The notes below the pieces were generated by a model. That model did not search any database and was not told the origin of the DNA. It saw only the letters and a list, made by a program, of their open reading frames with translations. Made by a program: the position numbers and the translations under genes. DNA of 64,000 nucleotides from Oopsacas minuta (lineage: Eukaryota > Animalia > Porifera), in contig JAKMXF010000055.1 of NCBI GenBank assembly GCA_024704765.1, positions 318,353 to 382,352 on the forward strand, in the 5' to 3' direction. How positions within the stretch are numbered: position 1 is the stretch's first letter; each line of letters begins with the position of its first letter. Positions 56,731-64,000 of this stretch are shown piece after piece.

Positions 56731-59447
56731 CACTGCTCAACAATTTTTTTTCATTTTTTGTTGCATGAGATTTTTCAATTGATTCTATCAAATTTTGGAT
56801 GCTGATTTCAAATCTGCAATCAGTTTCTTTCTGCGTGCTCTAGTTTTCATGCAATCGACAATTTAAATTTTTTCGTTTGTGGTACTTATTTAGTACATAA
56901 ATCTGATCTCCACCAAATACTTTTTATCTATCATGCCATTTTTCTTAGATTGTAGCTGTTACTATGATTTAGTAATGGCTTCAATCTATTGAAAACAAAA
57001 GCACCACTCTATTGTTCTCTGAAAACATGACACTATTAGCGGAGTGTCAAAATTTAAATAAATCAAAAATCATCATGTTGATTTTTTGAAATGATTTAAT
57101 TCAAACAACCCTAAGTGATTGTAGTGAAGTATCGTGGATAGATGCAGCAGAATAGGCATTTAAGCTGTATTTTTCCGCTCGTCTGCTGGTAGCCTTAATT
57201 AGAACCAAGGTTTTGTTATTCAGTTTGTTTGTGTTAAGTTACATAGATATCAACAGACTTTCTTTCGATTCTTAACTCTTCAGATTTGATCATGGCTTCT
57301 TCTAGTAGACATAAATGCAAAAATACTCTGATTCATTTTGTTACATCTGTGGTGTGTATACGCTTTCGCGTCAAAGACGAAATATAACATCGTTTGTGAA
57401 GCGTGCCTACATAGCATACTTTGGTATCCCTCTTGGTGATCAAGATAAGAAATGGTCTCCTCATATTGTGTGCCATAACTGCGAAGAAATGCTCCGAGAC
57501 TGGACAAAAGGAAAGCGGAAGGGTCTGCTTTTTGCCATTCCAATGGTGTGGCGTGAACCCCAAGACCACACGACTGACTGCTACTTTTGCATGGTCAATA
57601 CAAAAGGTGTTGGCAAGAAGAGCCGACAAACGCTTTCTTATCCTAGTATACCATCAGCTATGCGACCTGTCCCGTACTCTGATAGACTTCCTCCTCTGGT
57701 CTTTAGTGGTTTTGCTTTTCCTGATGATGGAGAAACTAAATTGGAAAGGGAAGAGATCGTAGAAATGGAATATCAAAAAACAGACACAGAATCAGAATCT
57801 GAAGATTCTTCTCGTGAAACCAGAGTAACTGTCCAGCAGTTTAATCAATCAGAACTGAATGACTTAGTACGTGATTTAGATCTGCCCAAGCAAGCAGCTG
57901 AGCTCTTAGCCTCCAGGCTCAAAGAAAAACAGGTGCTGGATCAATCTGTAAAGGTTTCCTTTTTTCGAAAAAGAGAAGAACTCCTTCTACCCTATTTTTC
58001 AGTGGAAAATAAGCTGGTATATTGCAACGATATTCCTGGTCTTCTCGGACAACTGGGTATCTCCTCATATGATCCAGGAGAATGGCGATTGTTTTTGGAC
58101 AGTTCCAAGCGCAGCCTCAAGTGTGTTCTTTTACACAATGGAAATGTTTATGGAGCTGTTCCAGTTGGTCACTCCACTGTCTTGAAGGAACAGCATGATG
58201 TTATTAGAATTGTTATGGATTTCCTCGGATTTCATGATCACAACTGGATCATTTGTGTTGACCTCAAAATGGTTAGTTTTCTGCTAGGTCAGCAAAAAGG
58301 ATACACTAAATTTCCATGCTATCTGTGCATGTGGGACAGCAGAGCACGTGAAAAACATGGACACAGAAGGAGTGGCCCTTACGTGAAACATTTCAAGCTG
58401 GCATGCCTAACGTAACACACGACCCGATCGTAAGCAGAGACAAAATTGTTTTTCCACCCCTGCACATCAAGCTAGGTCTCATGAAACAGTTCGTTAAAGC
58501 CCTAAATCCTGACAATGAATCCTTTCATCATCTTGTGTATACTTTCCCTGCTTTGTCATATGATAAAATCAAAGCAGGAGTGTTTGATGGACCACAGATA
58601 CGTACACTTATTCGCGACAAAAACTTCATTCAGAAAATGAATGTCAGGGAGAAAGCTGCATGGCTATCTTTTGTGGATGTTATACAGAACTTTCTTGGTA
58701 ACAGAAAAGCTCCAAACTATGAAATGCTTGTATCCAAGATGCTCTCAGGGTTTCGTGATTTGGGATGCAACATGAGCATAAAAGTACATTTTCTGTACAG
58801 CCACCTGGACAAATTCCCTGAAAACCTTGGGGCTATCAGTGACGAACAGGGAGAGCGTTTCCACCAGGATCTCATGACATTGGAAGAACGTTACCAAGGT
58901 CGATGGGATCGACATATGATGGCAGACTATTGTTGGGGCATTAAACGTGACTGTGCTTACAAAGCGTACAAACGCAGAAGTTATAAGAGGAAATTTTGTC
59001 CAGATTTGTAGAATATTTGAATCTTTGCATCTTGTCATTGATCGCTTTAAGTTACTATTGTAGATTGCCATCGTTCTTTTCTACGTTATTTTGCAAAAAA
59101 AAATCAATTTTTACATGCTTATTACCAGCAAAACTGTTGTTTTTTACATTTTTTAAAACATTTGTTGCCCATCTGTCTACAAATACAATTTCTATTGGCA
59201 ACATAAAAGTTTTTTGGCACCTATTTTTGTTTTGAGGCTAGTTATTCAACTGTAAGCAGAACATCATTTGACAAATCATGTCACTTTTTCAAAAAATATG
59301 AATTTTGTGCAAAAAAATTAAAAATTTCGATTTGCAAAAAATCTAGAGCTTGCGGAAAAAAACTAAGGTCAGATTCGGATTCAGCGCCCCAATATTAGGT
59401 AAAAACAAGTGTTGGTAGAAATGCAACAAAATTTTTGTTGAGCAGTG
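56731..59447 (+). mobile_element. Chapaev3-type (CMC) DNA transposon (2717 bp) with two frameshifts
   Basis: 3-bp TAA TSD at 56728-30 and 59448-50. TIR CACTGCTCAACAA. Transposase from ATG 57292 to 59011 with FCYICG, WSPH, HTTDCYFC, FLDSSKRSLK, CVDLKMV, LHIKLGLMK and SDEQGERFHQD. One-base shifts near 57320 and 58355. Confidence 0.9.
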
Positions 59448-61264
59448 TAATCAATTATGATAAGTATAGGTTTACTATATGAACTATGAAAAAAAGCCTC
59501 ACTATTTATTGAACAACCCTTGTAGATTACCTATATGTACTAATGTTTAAGACGCATTGAACAACTTAGGTTTGGTTTTTTCGTAATTTCACACACTAAT
59601 GAAGACAAAGAAGTAGATGCAGTGTGCCGGCCTTTGGATTTGTTTTAGAACGACCTTCTCTGTTTAGTCAGCCAAAATTGAATGACCTGATGCGTGATTT
59701 AAATTTTCAATGCAATCTTCTGAATTTTTGGCTTCCAGGCTGCAAGAGAAAACCTTCTCAAGTCTGGCGCAAGTTTCTCATCTTGCCGCAACAGAGGCAG
59801 AACTAAGAAAGTACTTCCAATCGGACGGTCAACTTGTTTCACTGCATTGATGTTGAAAGGCTTCTCCCAGCTATAGGATTGCCTGAGTATCATTCAAGTG
59901 AGTAGAAACTTTTGTTTGCTGTTCGAAAAGGAATTTGAAATATCTTTTACTTCACAATGGAACATCTATGGATCCATTCATATAGGACACTCAGCCACAC
60001 TGAAGGAGAAGGAGGCGCTAACAATTGGTCGACTTTTGTAAGTTTGCAACTAGTCTACTATTGTATGGTTTGCAATCGTCGAGTATTTTATTCGACATTC
60101 GGTGAATTTCTCCATAGACACTACACTGTTGATTAAACACTAAAATGTAGTTGGAATCAAGCTTCCTCGTCCCTGGATCTGTTCATAACTAGTCCCTTAA
60201 ATTCCCAGACCCATCAGGTAATGAACTACATCCACAGTGTACTTGTACTTATTAGGATGTTTAAAATGTGGATAATATATACTCGTATATATATAAAAGA
60301 AAGGATGCTTATGTATATTTCCCTGCTTGAGAATGTGTAGTCTCAGACTGGATGAAACATTTGGCAAAACCTACAAAAGTCGACTATTTGCAGATTTTCC
60401 AGGAGGAGTATGTTAAAATCAAAGATGTACTTGAGAGGTTGAAGTACTATGATCATGAATGAGTGATTTGTGTGGATTTTCATATAGTGAACTTTCTTTT
60501 CTGGGTTACACCAAATACCCCTTTTCTTTTAATGAAGCAATATGTTAAAGCTCTCTATCATGCCAGCGTCTTTTTTCTGCTGTAATGTTCGATATTTACC
60601 AGTCTTGGCTACGGGAAGAAAGAAGCAGTGATATTCGAAAGACCACAGATCAGAACATTGCTCAAATACCCACACTTTATTATGACTATGACCTCTGTTG
60701 ATGTTCGAGCGTAGAATGCATTTGGGAATGTAGTGAAGAAATTCCTTGAGAACAAAAGAGATGGCAACTGATGAGAGATTGCAGAGGAGCTGCTCGTCAG
60801 GTCAAACCCCATTTAGTGGGTTAAATTGAGTTAAACTCTATTTTATGGTCAAAACTGGTTATTACACTGTGCTAAACCTCATTTATCTAATTGGGCAAAC
60901 TAACTAAATTGTGTTTGAGACTCTAATATATGATTTCTAGACAAAGATTGATTAAATTGTAAACACAGTAAATATTTAGTCTTCATAATAACAGGTCTGT
61001 AATCGTACAAATGACTTAAAACAGACGTTCTTTAGTAATAATTTTTGCATTCATTTCATAGAATATATGTTTTTATTATTTTAAAATTGAGTTTCTAAAA
61101 AGGGAATTATTCTTCTATAGTTTGTTTAGTCTGGTTACACTAGTAAAACCCGGTTTAAACCTGGTTTTACCCACTGGGCCATGCTATCCTGTTTACCCCG
61201 AGTTAAACTTCAACCCTGGTTCAAATTTAGGTAGGTAATTTTCAATGTATACATAATTGAGAAA

Positions 61265-61380
61265 CCTGATTTGTCCTAACTTTATTGGATATCCTCTAAC
61301 TTCATGATTGGAATTTGTCCTAACTTTCTAAATTGGAAATTGTCCTAACTTTTGATATTGAATTTGGTGTTAACTTTCAA
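61265..61380 (+). repeat. Degenerate short tandem array
   Basis: TTGTCCTAACTTT recurs three times with two further degenerate units. Confidence 0.8.
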
Positions 61381-61861
61381 AATGTTTAGGAAGAAGCTGA
61401 TTAGTTGGTAGGCCAGGTAAAATTGTTGGATTTGTGTATATATATTCACTATTAGCTAGTTGGTGGGGGACTTGCTCTTACATTAGTTTTTATCTTTCCC
61501 GGATTGTTGACCAGGCTTCTTAACCACCCTATGGTTGTTAGCCGGTGTATTTTTCAATGAAACATCATGAATTTTTGTAAACATTTATTTTCTCAGTTTT
61601 CTGTAATTACAATATATTCCTTCTAGACAATTCCAGCGATTCAATCCGATACCGCAATTTCGAATACTTTCCAATATCAAAATTTATGACCAAACCTAAA
61701 ATCGATTCTTAGCACAGAATCCAATTTCGAAAGTTGGAACAAATCTTTTTTAAGTCTGATATTTTCCAAAATCAATTACAGGTTATGACAATGCACTGTG
61801 GTAATAGGTGAAAATTTGACTGCGCTATTTACCAAAATTGATGTGTGCATTTGATTTTACT

Positions 61862-62950
61862 TAGGTCATTCAAAAGTTCCCATCTTTGTTTATATCGTAA
61901 CACTACAACATCTTACTAATCAAATTTCTACATAAAATGTTCGAAATACTCCCCTCTACATCTATGCATAGTTGTTGTCTTTCAACCCACTTCGAAATTG
62001 TTTTTTTATACTCGTCTCTGTGCACTGAATTGAGGTAGTGGTAAATCCCGTTTCTTAACTCTTGTCGGGTATGAAATAGTTGTCCTCCGAGATGCTTTTT
62101 CAGTTTAGCAAATATCCAGAAATCACATGGTAATAGATCTGAGGAATACAAAGGATGTTCCATCATATCAAACCCGATATCCTCAATGACCTCCCTAACG
62201 TATTTTTAAACATGAGGTCTGGCACTGTCGTGGAGAAGTTAGATTCCTCGAGTTCCTGTTCGCGGACGTCGTGTTGTATATACTTTCTCGACTTTTCTCA
62301 TGCATTTATCTGCGTAAAATTCTCCATTGAGTCATTCTCCTTTAGGCAAGCGTATTTGAGCTACTGGCCCATACGTATCAAAAAATATTCTGTAGAGAAC
62401 CTTATCTTCACGGAAGTCCGGACGTGCCTTCTCAGGGAGATAATAACCTTTGGGGATCCACGATTTGCATTGTTCCTACGCAGAAGTTTAGAAAATTTAA
62501 TCCAAGTTTCGTCCCCAGTAACGTATTTATATAATCCTCGAGAATCACAATCTATATATTCTTTAAGCAATTTCTTCGCGCATGAAATCCTCATCTAATT
62601 TTGCCCCTTCGGAGGAATTTTGGTATCCATCGCGCTGAAATCTTCGATATTCGAGATAATCGTGTAGAATCGTATGAACACTTCGCAATGAGCTGTCCAG
62701 GATCAGGACATTCTCTTCAACGCTCCAAGGCGGTCAATATCAAATAGTTCCAAAATTTAAGAGGCAATTTCAAGGGTGGTAGCGGAAATTGGTCTCCCCT
62801 CCGAGGGTCATCTTCAATGCTGATTCTACCAGCCTTTGATTTACGTGCCCATTCCTTACAGTGGGACTTCCCCATGATAAACGGTGACGAGATCCTCATG
62901 TATCCGGAGTGGTTTGTCGCTTAGTACGGTACGAATCTTTATTTAAGCTC
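61862..62950 (-). mobile_element. Old mariner relic
   Basis: Motifs IEDDPR, YVTGDETWI and HPLYSSDLLPCDFWIF. Degenerate TIRs; ends approximate. Confidence 0.78.
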
Positions 62951-64000
62951 GTTGCTCAGTTTTGCTGGATACGTATTTTGAAGCCATGAAAAATTTGACT
63001 CTCGAAAATAGGTAAAATTGAAAGTAGGATACATCAAGAATATAATAGCTAGAGTGATTTGCTCAATAACATTAGATAGGTAATCGATAGGACTATTAGG
63101 ATATACTTTGCATCTCACGTAATCGAGTAGGGTTTGGCTGCTATAAGCTAAGGATGGGAACATTTTGAATGCCCCAAGTACATCAAGCCTAGAAACATGT
63201 TATTATTATTTATTTAATGAACTTATAACATGTCTAACCAAAGTCTTCAATCTAAGCCTAAAATTTGAAATTTGAAAACCTGAGAACCACAAATATATGT
63301 ATTCTTCAAATACCCATACATTATTTCAGCATTCCTGGATTTTCGATAATTCAATGGTATTTATCGGTGGTCGTATACATTATGTGATTAAATTTAACTC
63401 GTTTGAGAAAAAATTTAGTATTTGATTTTTCATTCTCGTGCATTTACTATTTATCATGAAAAAATCGTATATTTGTACAGAGACGGAATTGATCATTTGG
63501 TATTTCAACATTTTTAAAATTAATAAATATTTCATGTTTTACATGGTTTCTAATATGAAGCAGGTCATAGACTACTATATCATACAGATAGGAAGTAACC
63601 CAGCAACGAATCAAAAAGAGCCCATATATATGAATCTTTTAGGGTTATAAAATGTAAGGAATCAGTTAAGACTACCTAAAAATTCGAAACGACCATCCTT
63701 CATCTCGTATAAGCACCATTTATGCGATGATGTTAGCATATATATAATTTGACTATTTTCTCAAATATTTTGTAAAATATGTATTTTGTTTAACTTTATG
63801 CTAATATTGTTTGAATTCGTACATGTACTTCACACTCAAGTTAAATCCCTGTTTTACAGATAACTTATTGGAAGAAAAATTTCTGAATTGTACCATGGGC
63901 ATGAAAGTAATATATTTATCGAAAATAGATTATGAATTTTCAAAAATATTATATGAAGATGTGATCCAAATTCTATTCTAAGGAAACTTGCTAATTATTT

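Larger units (their letters stand above)
53542..59522 (+). mobile_element. mariner family A, copy 2 (1293 bp net), split by two insertions
   Basis: TA flanks at 53540-41 and 59523-24. The supplied sense and antisense ORFs are identical to those of copy 1. The mariner 3' sequence resumes at 56694-56730 and 59451-59522. Confidence 0.93.
52930..60520 (+). mobile_element. Older, decayed Chapaev3-type transposase relic hosting the mariner nest
   Basis: Collinear fragments: 52990-53260 (QDKDWPPH, DDCYFC, YPSIPSALRPV), 59660-60010 (FSQPKLNDLMRDL, LLHNGNIYGSIHIGHSATLKE) and 60400-60520 (EYVKIK..., VICVDF, GYTKYP). Ends not defined. Confidence 0.75.

Noticed and set aside
63860-63906. Possible further kinase exon (NLLEEKFLNCTMGMK)
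   Set aside because: Requires phase 1, has no recognisable homology, and no supported upstream exon supplies that phase.

Overview
AT-rich eukaryotic (invertebrate-like) genomic DNA; the organism cannot be determined from the sequence. The window holds the 5' part of one host gene on the + strand, a GCK-IV/Ste20 kinase of the MAP4K4/MINK1/TNIK/misshapen group. Five phase-compatible GT-AG exons (4816-5140, 9308-9532, 23757-24058, 39621-39940, 47535-47817) give 485 codons, separated by 4-16 kb introns. The C-terminal CNH domain is not seen and presumably lies beyond the window. The introns are filled mainly with class II transposons of many superfamilies: mariner (two pairs plus relics), maT DD37D, Tc1, pogo/Tigger, Chapaev3, Transib (RAG1-core-like), Academ-like, Ginger-like, NOF/MULE-like with an OTU domain, hAT, plus foldbacks and MITEs. 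There is one LINE relic. The most notable structures are: (i) a multi-level transposon nest at about 52.9-60.5 kb with every young junction and TSD readable; (ii) a delimited 2.2-kb Transib with CACAGTG ends, a perfect 5-bp TSD and a decayed RAG1-like core that the ORF track misses; (iii) two inverted mariner pairs with near-identical interiors but divergent ends. No rRNA, tRNA, CRISPR array or prokaryotic system is supported. All family assignments come from recognised motifs and hand translation, not database searches.
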